Source: a virus
Strand: one strand, 5' to 3'
IMG/VR virus record: IMGVR_UViG_3300038427_000658
DNA: 38,109 nt
The notes beneath the pieces were generated by a model. That model was given only the letters and a program-made list of their open reading frames with translations, did no database searches and was not told the DNA's origin. The position numbers and the translations under genes are program-made. This document shows positions 17,627 to 26,493 of the stretch, in pieces. Numbering within the stretch: the stretch's first letter is position 1; each line of letters starts with the position of its first letter.

Positions 17627-18700
17627 ATGAGTGGATATGGAGCAGATAAAGCAAAACTATACTACATTAGCGAATCAACGTACGGGAGGATACCAGCGAG
17701 TCCTGTAATGTCAGGCATAGAAAACGTTGAAGACGTTGAACCTTCAGTTAAGGCAAGTCTAATTAAGCTTCGAGGCATCGGTTCAAGAGATTTGACGGCG
17801 ATAAAAAAGGGTTTGAAGCAGGTAGATTTGAAAGTAGTCTATGCTTTGCCAAGTGACAATCCTACTAAGTTTCTAAACTACGTCATAACGCTTAATCCGT
17901 TCACTGCTGAGCTTATTTACCTAAACGCTGGCGGTCAAATTGTTGACCTGCGTCACACAGGCTGTATCTCGGATAAGGCGGTTGTTGAATGCAGCGTTGA
18001 AAACGTGATTAAAGTAACTAAAGACATTATTGCACAAAACTTGGATCCTGAAACCGCGAAGATTACAGGAGCGACTTATGCGCAAGACGGTGGCGCAGTT
18101 GCGTTTAATGAAAGTTACGTGAGTAAAGGAGCTGCAGACGGTAGCAATCAGGTTGTGCTTGATACGGTGACTGATTGGAAGTTCACCGTTGAAAACAACC
18201 TTAAACGGGTGTCTGTTATACGGAAAAACAATTCGAGTTTACTAACTGGAACAGCGGCGGCTTCACAAAAAGTTGTTCCGGTTGTGAGTGGCGCGTTATT
18301 CGCTGTTGGTGACATGGTTAAAATTCAAGATGACAGTGCCGCTGAATGGAACACGATTTACTCAATTGCAACTAATAGCTTGACTATGGTGAACAATTTG
18401 GCTAATACTTACACTGTTGCCGCTAATGGGTACACTGAAGATTTAGTTTCTGATTTGCTTAAGTATTTGCAGGAGCGCCACAGGGTTTTAACTGGCGAAT
18501 TAACCTTAGACTTTGAAGATATGATACAGTACCTGGAAGTAACGCACGACTTTGAATTCAGCTTGCAGTTTGGCTTGGGCGGTACGAGCAACGCTTTATT
18601 TACGCATTGCAAGTGGGATAGCGTTACGTCTCCAACAAAAACTGAAGACCTTATTTCGGTAAAAGCGCCGTTTACAGCACAGGAAATAGTCATTACTTAA
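17627..18700 (+). CDS. Tail tube (major tail) protein with an inserted beta-rich domain
   Basis: KLYYISESTYG, LRGIGSRD, WKFTVENNLKR...LTGELTLDFED, VKAPFTA; position before the chaperone. Confidence 0.8.
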   Translation: MSGYGADKAKLYYISESTYGRIPASPVMSGIENVEDVEPSVKASLIKLRGIGSRDLTAIKKGLKQVDLKVVYALPSDNPTKFLNYVITLNPFTAELIYLNAGGQIVDLRHTGCISDKAVVECSVENVIKVTKDIIAQNLDPETAKITGATYAQDGGAVAFNESYVSKGAADGSNQVVLDTVTDWKFTVENNLKRVSVIRKNNSSLLTGTAAASQKVVPVVSGALFAVGDMVKIQDDSAAEWNTIYSIATNSLTMVNNLANTYTVAANGYTEDLVSDLLKYLQERHRVLTGELTLDFEDMIQYLEVTHDFEFSLQFGLGGTSNALFTHCKWDSVTSPTKTEDLISVKAPFTAQEIVIT

Positions 18701-18705
18701 GGTGA

Positions 18706-19083
18706 TTGGAAATGCGAACTGAAAAATTAGAGTTAGACGGTAGATTCGGTGCTGAGTATCAGGGCAAATACGTTTTTGGCGAGATCAGTTGGGCTAAGCG
18801 TAGCCGCATCATTCAGAAGTACACGAAGTACAGTCAAATGACTGGTCAGGTGCAGAGCAGTGATTACGTGGCTGTTCAAGCGGAAACTGTAATGGCAAGC
18901 CTTAGGGAGCAGCCTGAGTCTAAGCCTGTTACGCTTGAAAAACTTTTGAGCGAAGAAAACGGTGTTCCGATTGGCTTAGGCGAATTGTTCGCGAAACTGG
19001 TCAATAAGCTTAATGCGGTTAACGTTGAAGAAGCCCGTTTTTTATCCGAGCCATCCGAAGCGGCAAGCCCAGCCAAGCCTTAA
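18706..19083 (+). CDS. Tail assembly chaperone (gpG-like)
   Basis: Position after the tube gene and a slippery site near its 3' end. Confidence 0.75.
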   Translation: MEMRTEKLELDGRFGAEYQGKYVFGEISWAKRSRIIQKYTKYSQMTGQVQSSDYVAVQAETVMASLREQPESKPVTLEKLLSEENGVPIGLGELFAKLVNKLNAVNVEEARFLSEPSEAASPAKP

Positions 19084-19229
19084 CTGAGTATCGTTTGTGC
19101 AAGGAATTCGGCTGGACAATACTGCAACTGCGGCAGCAGCCAGCGAAAGCAGTCAGCATGTTTCTTCTCATTTTGAGTGAGCAGGATAAACAGGTACAAG
19201 CCGAAACGGAAAAGGCTAAGAGGCGTTAG
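19038..19229 (+). CDS. -1 frameshift extension of the tail chaperone (gpGT-like)
   Basis: T TTT TTA at 19038-19044; the -1 frame is open: FFIRAIRSGKPSQALTEYRLCKEFGWTILQLRQQPAKAVSMFLLILSEQDKQVQAETEKAKRR*. Confidence 0.75.
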   Translation, partial: FFIRAIRSGKPSQALTEYRLCKEFGWTILQLRQQPAKAVSMFLLILSEQDKQVQAETEKAKRR

Positions 19230-19231
19230 CA

Positions 19232-19603
19232 TTGAGCATTGAATTTCAAGTTACCATTAAGGGCATGGAAGAATTTGAAAGTAAAATGGGTGCCTTAGAT
19301 GCGGATATGCAAGATCATATTAGCCAGGCGCTTATGCAGACTGCGCAGGAAATTGTGCTTCGTGCGAAGCAGCTTGCGCCCGTCAAAACTGGCAGGCTTC
19401 AAAGTAACATTTACCCTCAGGCAATTGATAAGTACACGGTTAAAGTCGGCTGCTACGTGCCCTATGCGCTTTTTCAGGAGTTTGGCACAAGACGCATTAT
19501 GCCGCGTCTTTTCTTAACGCGTGCGCTGCAGGAAAATGCGCCTAAACTTGTCTCGTTCATGAGTTCGGCTTTGCAGCAGGCTGTAGAGGAGGCTTCAGTA
19601 TGA
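19232..19603 (+). CDS. HK97 gp10-like tail completion protein
   Basis: AKQLAPVKTGRLQSNI and YALFQEFGTRRIMPRLFL motifs. Confidence 0.85.
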   Translation: MSIEFQVTIKGMEEFESKMGALDADMQDHISQALMQTAQEIVLRAKQLAPVKTGRLQSNIYPQAIDKYTVKVGCYVPYALFQEFGTRRIMPRLFLTRALQENAPKLVSFMSSALQQAVEEASV

Positions 19604-20604
19604 GTATGGGTGAAATCTTTGTAACGATTCGTGCTGTAGATGAGGCTACGTCGCAGTTTGCGGAGATTAGTAGTGGCGCCGCATCGATGGCTGCTGCTGT
19701 TTCAGGTTCACCAGTGACTCTTAATGTGGAGAATTTGGCTTCTCCAGAAATTAACCAGGTGGCGGAAGACGCTGCAGCAGTTAAGGCTCAGGTTGAGGCG
19801 TCGCCTATAACGCTTACTTTTGCACCGATTGTACCGCCTGTTATTCCGCCGATTGATGTTTCAAGTTTTGAGAATGCTAAAGTTACATTTGGTGAAGTTG
19901 GCGTAAGCGCGACTGAAATGGGCGCCAATGTTGAGGCTGCTGGAACAAGTTTTGACGATTTGGGAACCCAGGCTGAAGCGACTACGGTTAAGCTTACGAC
20001 TGTTGCCAGGGGTATTAGCAGTGTTAGCAGCCTAGGCTTAGGCATAACTACGCTGGGGACTGATTTTGGCTTTCTTGATTCGCAGTCAAGTAAGTACGTG
20101 CGTGATGCTCTTGCGGTGGTGACTGTTGTAAGTTCTGTTGCTCGCATGTTAGGTTACGCCACTGTTTTTACGCAGGGCCACACTGCGTCGATTACTCTTA
20201 ATTCTGGGGCGCAAACGGCTAATGCTGCTTCAACTGTTGCTGCGACTGGTGCGACGGAGGGTCAGGCGGCAGCAGTAGCGTTGGATACGTCAACGGAGAC
20301 GGCGAGTGCGAGTGCGAACCTAGCTTCAAGCATTGCCATGGGCATTAAAACGGCGGTTACGTGGATTGCCGTCACAGCGGAAAATGCTTTGAACATTAGT
20401 CAGGCTACGTTTTTGGCTTTGACTGGCGTGGGCATTGCGGTTGTAATTGCTGCGGCGGCTGCTGTGGCTTATTTTGCTAGTCAGATGAATTCGGCGGCGT
20501 CTAGTGTTCAGAATTTCAATTCTTCTGCTGCTGCAACGCCTGGAGTTATGAGTAATATTCAGAGTGGGGCTACGGCTGGATTGCTTCGTCGGGGTATTGA
20601 GTAA
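19600..20604 (+). CDS. Short tape-measure-like protein
   Basis: MSMGEIFVTIRAVDEAT start typical of tape measures, Ala/Thr/Ser-rich, hydrophobic segment near the C-terminus. Confidence 0.7.
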   Translation: MSMGEIFVTIRAVDEATSQFAEISSGAASMAAAVSGSPVTLNVENLASPEINQVAEDAAAVKAQVEASPITLTFAPIVPPVIPPIDVSSFENAKVTFGEVGVSATEMGANVEAAGTSFDDLGTQAEATTVKLTTVARGISSVSSLGLGITTLGTDFGFLDSQSSKYVRDALAVVTVVSSVARMLGYATVFTQGHTASITLNSGAQTANAASTVAATGATEGQAAAVALDTSTETASASANLASSIAMGIKTAVTWIAVTAENALNISQATFLALTGVGIAVVIAAAAAVAYFASQMNSAASSVQNFNSSAAATPGVMSNIQSGATAGLLRRGIE

Positions 20605-20687
20605 GTAGGTGAAATCGTGAGTGCAGTTTTATACGCTGCAATCAACATTTGGCGATTTTTCAAAAGGAGAGTTAAGGAGGTGAAAAA

Positions 20688-21050
20688 TTGGATACATCGA
20701 TACTTCAAACTATCTATAGTATTGTGGCTTTAATCGGCATTATAGTTTACAGCTTATCGGGTTGGCAAAAAAGCGGTGAGCCCTTTGACTTTGGCAAATT
20801 CCTTAACAGCTTAGTTACTTCGGGCATTATCAGCGTTATTACGGCAGGCGCGGCTCTCTATACAATAGGCTTAAACATCGTCGGCTTATTAACTGCTTTC
20901 TTCTTGCCTTGGGGAATCAATACAGCAATTATTCATAGTGTAGCAATGGTAAGCCTAAAACCAACAGCGACCCCAACGTGTCCTTTGACGGGCACGAATA
21001 AACCGCCAACAACCGAAGTAACAGCCACACCAACAACACCAGCCATTTGA
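20688..21050 (+). CDS. Membrane protein, holin-like
   Basis: Three hydrophobic segments, GWQKSGEPFDFGKF loop, Pro/Thr tail. Confidence 0.55.
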   Translation: MDTSILQTIYSIVALIGIIVYSLSGWQKSGEPFDFGKFLNSLVTSGIISVITAGAALYTIGLNIVGLLTAFFLPWGINTAIIHSVAMVSLKPTATPTCPLTGTNKPPTTEVTATPTTPAI

Positions 21051-21146
21051 TAACTATTATTTTTAAAAAGCTGATCCGTAGTCTCCTTTGAGTCTTTGGA
21101 AAGTAAGACGATACCTGCACGTTTTTTGTGTTGGCAGGGACAAAAA

Positions 21147-21500
21147 ATGGGTCTCAGCAAAATTGAATATGACCTGTTAAAGGAACTGAACGCTAATCTC
21201 AAAGTATTTAATCAGCAAATGGACAACTTGCTTCGATTAAAAAGTGAGCTACCGAGGATAATTCCTACAAGTGGAGTATTAGATACGGGTACTTTGCTTT
21301 CTTTACCCGACCACTTACGCAAAACCGCTATGACTATTCTGCAGGGAAGACGAATGAGTGCTGATGACGTGTCCAAGAAGTCTAAACGAGCTCGAGCATT
21401 AGAAAGCGCGTATTTGAACCAATTAGTTTGCATGGGTTTCTTACGGAAGGAGCGTAAAGGCAGAATAGTATCTTTCTTTCTTAAAAACGAGCAGGCTTAA
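21147..21500 (+). CDS. Winged-HTH transcriptional regulator of archaeal host type
   Basis: LLSLPDHLRKTA...SADDVSKKSKRARALESAYLNQLVCMGFLRKERKGR. Confidence 0.8.
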   Translation: MGLSKIEYDLLKELNANLKVFNQQMDNLLRLKSELPRIIPTSGVLDTGTLLSLPDHLRKTAMTILQGRRMSADDVSKKSKRARALESAYLNQLVCMGFLRKERKGRIVSFFLKNEQA

Positions 21501-21506
21501 CCATAA

Positions 21507-21746
21507 ATGCTTAAGCGAAAAGCACGTATCAAAAAATTTATTGTTGAAGCGTTAAGGCTTCACCACTCATTAAGTAGCATGGCATTGGCTAATTTGTTGA
21601 AGAAAGAGCCGTTTTCAGAAGATGTGGGCGTACATATTGTAAGCTCTGTTTTGTGTGAAATGAAAAAAGAAGGCTTAGTCACATATCATAAAAGAATAAT
21701 ACCTGAAGGCTGGGTTAGGCTGTGGGAGTTAACGGCCGCTTTTTAA
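21507..21746 (+). CDS. Small wHTH-like protein
   Basis: SSMALANLL...VSSVLCEMKKEGLV...VRLWEL. Confidence 0.55.
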   Translation: MLKRKARIKKFIVEALRLHHSLSSMALANLLKKEPFSEDVGVHIVSSVLCEMKKEGLVTYHKRIIPEGWVRLWELTAAF

Positions 21747-21820
21747 CTGTTGAAGCCTTCCCGGCGTAAGATTTTGAGGCTTGTGTTTCAGGTTCATTCA
21801 GTCAATTTCCTTTAGCGGTA

Positions 21821-22378
21821 ATGTTGAATACTAGATTGTTTGGGTCCCAAAAGCAGGTTTTGCCGTTATTGGCAATTGCGATTTTGCTGTTGGGCGGGTT
21901 TTTTGCGGCTTCAGTTGTTTCTCCTGTTTATGCTTCAACGCCTACAGTTTCGCCTTTGAATCTAGTTGGAATAACTGCAAATACGACTTCGATTGATTGG
22001 GGGACGCTTAGTCCTAATTCGTCGGAGACAAGAGCAGTTAACATAACAAATGCCGGCAGTAGCAATATTACTTTGCTCTTGTCTTCTTCTAGCTGGGCTC
22101 CTTCGGGGATTGATAGGAATCTCAGTTTAACGTGGGATTATAGTAATGAAACCATTTTTAGCCTTCAGAGTTTAATTGTGAATTTAACCTTAACTGTTTC
22201 AGCTTCTGCTTCGCCAACTGCTTTCAGTTTCAACATTATTATTAGTACGGTTTTGCCAGGTACGCCATTTGGTGTTTACGTTGTTCCCGTTGTTTTCGCA
22301 GCGTTTGGCATAACAGGTGTAGTTGTAGCATGGCGCTATCGGCGGACGCAGAAAACAAGGCAGGAGAGTGTGCCATAA
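21821..22378 (+). CDS. Secreted, C-terminally anchored Ig-like surface protein; paralog of the C-terminal domain of 14983-15843
   Basis: Signal peptide, IDWGTLSP...SWAP...LSLTWDY...VNLTL...FSFNIII, C-terminal TM helix and basic tail. Confidence 0.75.
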   Translation: MLNTRLFGSQKQVLPLLAIAILLLGGFFAASVVSPVYASTPTVSPLNLVGITANTTSIDWGTLSPNSSETRAVNITNAGSSNITLLLSSSSWAPSGIDRNLSLTWDYSNETIFSLQSLIVNLTLTVSASASPTAFSFNIIISTVLPGTPFGVYVVPVVFAAFGITGVVVAWRYRRTQKTRQESVP

Positions 22379-22380
22379 AA

Positions 22381-24579
22381 ATGGTTGATTTTGAAGTTTA
22401 TACGGGTCAATGGTCAACGATAAATGACGTGACTGAAGGAACTGTTGATGCGTCAGGTACGGCGCGTGTTGTAACAGGTTCAGAGAGCGATCATAACTAC
22501 GTTTTCTTTGCTACTGTTATTCCTGTTTCTGCCGTAAAAGTCGGTTTAATCGTTAACCACACGTTAGACGAAAACTATAATGAAAGCTACCTTGTTTTCA
22601 TGCTGCATCTTGACACGTCGCCTACAACTGTGACGCTTGAGGCTGTGACACGTGACTCATACGGAAATGAGACTTCCCGCCAAACCCTTGCATCCAGAAA
22701 CATATCATTAACCGCAAATACCCCGTATGTTGCTCGCGTCGAGACGGAAACATTAAGCGATGGTAACTTTGCAGTTTACTGCTTCATCGATGATTTCATG
22801 TTGGTAGAAGCGGAAGATTTGCTGGCGCAGTATAGTGCGGGGCAGAAAGGGTTTGAGATTCTCGGAAACAACGGTGATTCCGCGCAATTCCTCATTTTGA
22901 CTTCAGTGACTGCAGCAAATTTGACTGTGCCAGAGGGCGGCGGTAGCGTTGGATTGCCTGTTTGCATAGTTAGTTTAGGGTTGTCAGTTGCGGTTCCGCA
23001 AGAAGATGTTGTTTCTTTGAAGTTGCATCTTGGCTGCACGAAAGAGGTTAGCAGTTTTGATCTTTTGCTGCAGAATTGGGATAGAAAATATAGTTTAAAT
23101 GGCGCTTATCCGATTCTTGTTGGGTTGACGGGTGGCATCGGCCTTTGCAGGGCGCCGAATGATCCTGCTACTGTGCCGGTGATTTCGCTTCGGGTTGAAG
23201 GTGTTGAGTATCAGGAGAACCCTAATGCGCCTGGTGTGTCTGGCGAGTTTTATGTGCACGTGACTGGGCGTTGCTGGGGTGAACAGCTTTTCCGCAAGTT
23301 AGCAACTATAGAATACTTGAATCAAAAGGGCGAAGCGATAGTAAAAGATTTAATTGATAATTTCACAAGCTTAAGCCACACGCGCAATAGTGTGGAACTT
23401 GTTGAGGATACAAGTACTACGTACATTGACTTGAAGTATTCTAACAAGCAAGTTTTTGACATTTTAAAGGATATTGCTGATAGCTCTGACCAAAGCGGTG
23501 TTATTGGCTTTGATTTTCGTGTGGCGCCTGATGGCAAGTTTGAGTTTTTCCTAAAAAACAGTAAAAGTAACAGTGTGGATTTGAGTGAGAGCATAGAGCA
23601 GAGTAATTATAGCAAAGACATTTCCAGGGTTAGAAACAAAATTACTGTGTACGGCGCAGCTACCAAAAGTACGCCTTTGGATAAGGATGCTTGGACTGAA
23701 ATACTAAGCCCACCAGCAGGTAATTGGACAGCTTTCGGCGACGGCGTTACTGTCGCGCAGGATAGCACTGTTAAAGCCATTGGAACAAGCAGTATTAAAT
23801 GCCACATTGTCAATAATGCTTACGGCGCCATTATTTTCACTTTTAATGCAGGGTATGAAGTAAACGCTAATCTATATCCTAAATTAGCGTTATTTACCTT
23901 AATACCGACATTTAGTCGTGAAGGAGCCATTACGTTATTTGATATCAACGGTAAGCAAATGACTCAAGACCAAGCTTTTACTGGAAAAACGGCGTGGGGC
24001 AGTAAATCGGTTGATGTTGGAGAAGCAAACGCTGCTAACTGGGTGCCTGGGATCGAGCAATCAGGGTTTGATTGGACGCAGATAAAGAAAGTTGAAATAT
24101 CGTGCTTAGTTAATGAAGGAATGACTTCGGGCTCCGGCGACTACTGGATTGACGGCTTATACTTTGGCGGAATGAAATATAGTGCCGTTGAGGAAGATAA
24201 TGCAAGTCAAGTAGCCTATGCTTTAAGGGAATATGTTGAAACGGAGGCTTCTTTAGCCAGCGATAACGAATGCGACTTACGCGCTAAAGCGCTTCTTGCT
24301 TATTATAAGGATCCTGCGATTTCTTTGACTATTATCAGTACTGTTATTGATTATGGTACTACGCCCATTTTAGGAGGCGATAAAGTTCATGTTACTTTGC
24401 CTAACGAGAATGTGGATGATGATTTTCGCGTTGACTACGTTGAGTACCAGGTTGATACGAAGTCTGAGCCTCAGATGCTTAAGATAACGGTTAATTTGGG
24501 TAAGGAGAAGCCGCAGCTTGCTGATTACCTTTGTGGGCTTACATCTGTGAAAGGAGCGTTCAGCCTTGCGTCAGTTTAA
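22381..24579 (+). CDS. Tail tip/hub protein with accessory N-terminal and internal beta-sandwich domains
   Basis: Hub-like segments (GRCWGEQLF, GFDFRVAPDGKFEFF, RVRNKITVYG, LGGDKVHV...RVDYVEY); ~730 aa; position after the tape measure. Confidence 0.75.
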   Translation: MVDFEVYTGQWSTINDVTEGTVDASGTARVVTGSESDHNYVFFATVIPVSAVKVGLIVNHTLDENYNESYLVFMLHLDTSPTTVTLEAVTRDSYGNETSRQTLASRNISLTANTPYVARVETETLSDGNFAVYCFIDDFMLVEAEDLLAQYSAGQKGFEILGNNGDSAQFLILTSVTAANLTVPEGGGSVGLPVCIVSLGLSVAVPQEDVVSLKLHLGCTKEVSSFDLLLQNWDRKYSLNGAYPILVGLTGGIGLCRAPNDPATVPVISLRVEGVEYQENPNAPGVSGEFYVHVTGRCWGEQLFRKLATIEYLNQKGEAIVKDLIDNFTSLSHTRNSVELVEDTSTTYIDLKYSNKQVFDILKDIADSSDQSGVIGFDFRVAPDGKFEFFLKNSKSNSVDLSESIEQSNYSKDISRVRNKITVYGAATKSTPLDKDAWTEILSPPAGNWTAFGDGVTVAQDSTVKAIGTSSIKCHIVNNAYGAIIFTFNAGYEVNANLYPKLALFTLIPTFSREGAITLFDINGKQMTQDQAFTGKTAWGSKSVDVGEANAANWVPGIEQSGFDWTQIKKVEISCLVNEGMTSGSGDYWIDGLYFGGMKYSAVEEDNASQVAYALREYVETEASLASDNECDLRAKALLAYYKDPAISLTIISTVIDYGTTPILGGDKVHVTLPNENVDDDFRVDYVEYQVDTKSEPQMLKITVNLGKEKPQLADYLCGLTSVKGAFSLASV

Positions 24580-24587
24580 GCCTTAGG

Positions 24588-24599
24588 ATGTACGTGGTA
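24588..24599 (+). repeat. Right arm of the dispersed element
   Basis: Exact ATGTACGTGGTA preceded by spacer-like TTAAGCCTTAGG. Confidence 0.85.
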
Positions 24600-24691
24600 A
24601 CCCGTTTTCTGGTCTAGTTTCAAATTCGAGTTTTTGTGGAGTATGCGATTTTCGAGTTTTCATGTTAACCTTTGTGAGAGGTGAAAAATCA

Positions 24692-26455
24692 ATGAGAAAA
24701 ATACTGAAAGCAATAGCTATGGCAATTATCGTAGTATTCTTAATGTCCTGCTTTGCAGGTTTGTCAAAGTTACCAACTGTAAGTGCTGACCGTAATTATG
24801 ATAGGACAAGCGAAATGGCAATACTTATTTCTGCTTGGACCATGGATAGTCACGAAATAACGCCAGCTCAATGCAAAGCAATGATTGACAGCGTTTACAC
24901 GTCTAAAGGAGTAACATTTACAGCAGTAAAAATCACCTACGGATACGACCCAGCCAACGGCGCTCAGTACACGGCGAACAGAATTGGCGTTTGGGTTGCT
25001 TACTTTGCACAATACTACAACGTTATTTACGTTGCTTCAAGAAGCGTTTTCCACATTAACAGGAAACTGACATCAAGCGAATACACAACTTACTATTACG
25101 ATTTAGCTCAAGTGCTGAACAAATATTCGCAAGTCAAATGCTTCTTAGGCGAAGAAGAACCTGAAGCCAACCAGACGGATCCATTCACTGGAGCAGCAAT
25201 AGGTAATAACTTAGCATACAGCAGTGCTTCCGACATGATGAGTTATGTTACCGCTTTACATGATACGTGGCATCAATATAGCAGCATTCCGTTTACTTTT
25301 GAAAGCATCCCGCCTGAATACTATTCAAACGGAGCATTATACAATGTTGATTGCTGGTTCTTTAGTTCCATCCTTGCAACAACTTACTGGAATTGGATAG
25401 ATAGTTATCAGGATGTTTATGCAATTGATGAATGGCGGTATCATGAGGGCGTTCAACTTTGGGCTGACCATGTTGACTGGCATAACATACACGTTGGCAC
25501 GCGGAAAATTATCCTTGGAGAATGCTTTAACTTAGACTGTTCCCAAACTGAACAGCTATGGGATGCATTCAACCACGCCGGCGTCAGAAATGATTTGGCT
25601 TATGCATTCTGGTGGCAACTTTCAGGTTCTGAACCTGTACCAAGTAACTATGCTGGACAACCGTACCTTTACTTTGGCGGCGGCTTTGAAGGCCATCTAT
25701 GGGCGTTATTAAACATGAAAACTGTAAGTCCCAACGGCATACCTGGCAGCGGCTTGGTCTCGTGCCAAACGTACAGCGACAGTGGTTCTAATATTGCTCA
25801 AGCAATAATATACCCAAGCGGCGGCATTCCCTTTGGTACTGGAAATGTACAGTTCTGGGCAACATTCAACATTGACATGTTTGGCGCAGACGGTTCAGGA
25901 AATAATGCAGCAGTAGGTTACTGGGCAATGCGATGTTTGATATATAATAATGGAATACCGGTCGGAGTCTACAACGGATACTATTCTATCACTGCGCATT
26001 ATGACGGAGGAAGCGGAGTATATTTAACGTTCACATATCCAAATACTGCAGGAACTGAAGTTTCATACACAATGGCATCTAAAGTCGTCACTAACTGCTG
26101 GAATTGGGCTTCAATAACCTGTACAAGTTCTACAACCTTCAAATACGGATGGGAAGATCCAGTCAGCGGCGTAGAACACAATAGCACATTTACCGGCGGC
26201 AGTTGCATCCAAGCTTACCCAGCCAATATTATGAGTATAGCCTTCGGAGCGTTCGGCGGACAACTATGCAAACTATACGAGGGCGGAATTGGATTCAATT
26301 CTATTACAGCCTGGGCAGACAACTTCGAATCTGGCATGTCAGGATGGACTACATACTATACTCAGCCTTCGATGGTGCAGCAAAGCGGATTAATGGTTCC
26401 AAGCAATGGACCGCAATGGATGTTGCAACACCTGAAATACGGCATGGACTATTAA
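24692..26455 (+). CDS. Secreted protein: putative clan GH-A-like catalytic domain plus a C-terminal beta-sandwich
   Basis: Signal peptide (MRKILKAIAMAIIVVFL...VSA); FLGEEEPE and IILGECF as candidate acid/base and nucleophile; aromatic-rich. Confidence 0.55.
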   Translation: MRKILKAIAMAIIVVFLMSCFAGLSKLPTVSADRNYDRTSEMAILISAWTMDSHEITPAQCKAMIDSVYTSKGVTFTAVKITYGYDPANGAQYTANRIGVWVAYFAQYYNVIYVASRSVFHINRKLTSSEYTTYYYDLAQVLNKYSQVKCFLGEEEPEANQTDPFTGAAIGNNLAYSSASDMMSYVTALHDTWHQYSSIPFTFESIPPEYYSNGALYNVDCWFFSSILATTYWNWIDSYQDVYAIDEWRYHEGVQLWADHVDWHNIHVGTRKIILGECFNLDCSQTEQLWDAFNHAGVRNDLAYAFWWQLSGSEPVPSNYAGQPYLYFGGGFEGHLWALLNMKTVSPNGIPGSGLVSCQTYSDSGSNIAQAIIYPSGGIPFGTGNVQFWATFNIDMFGADGSGNNAAVGYWAMRCLIYNNGIPVGVYNGYYSITAHYDGGSGVYLTFTYPNTAGTEVSYTMASKVVTNCWNWASITCTSSTTFKYGWEDPVSGVEHNSTFTGGSCIQAYPANIMSIAFGAFGGQLCKLYEGGIGFNSITAWADNFESGMSGWTTYYTQPSMVQQSGLMVPSNGPQWMLQHLKYGMDY

Positions 26456-26493
26456 GGAACTAACAAAACCAAACAACTTTCCCTTTTTCTTTA

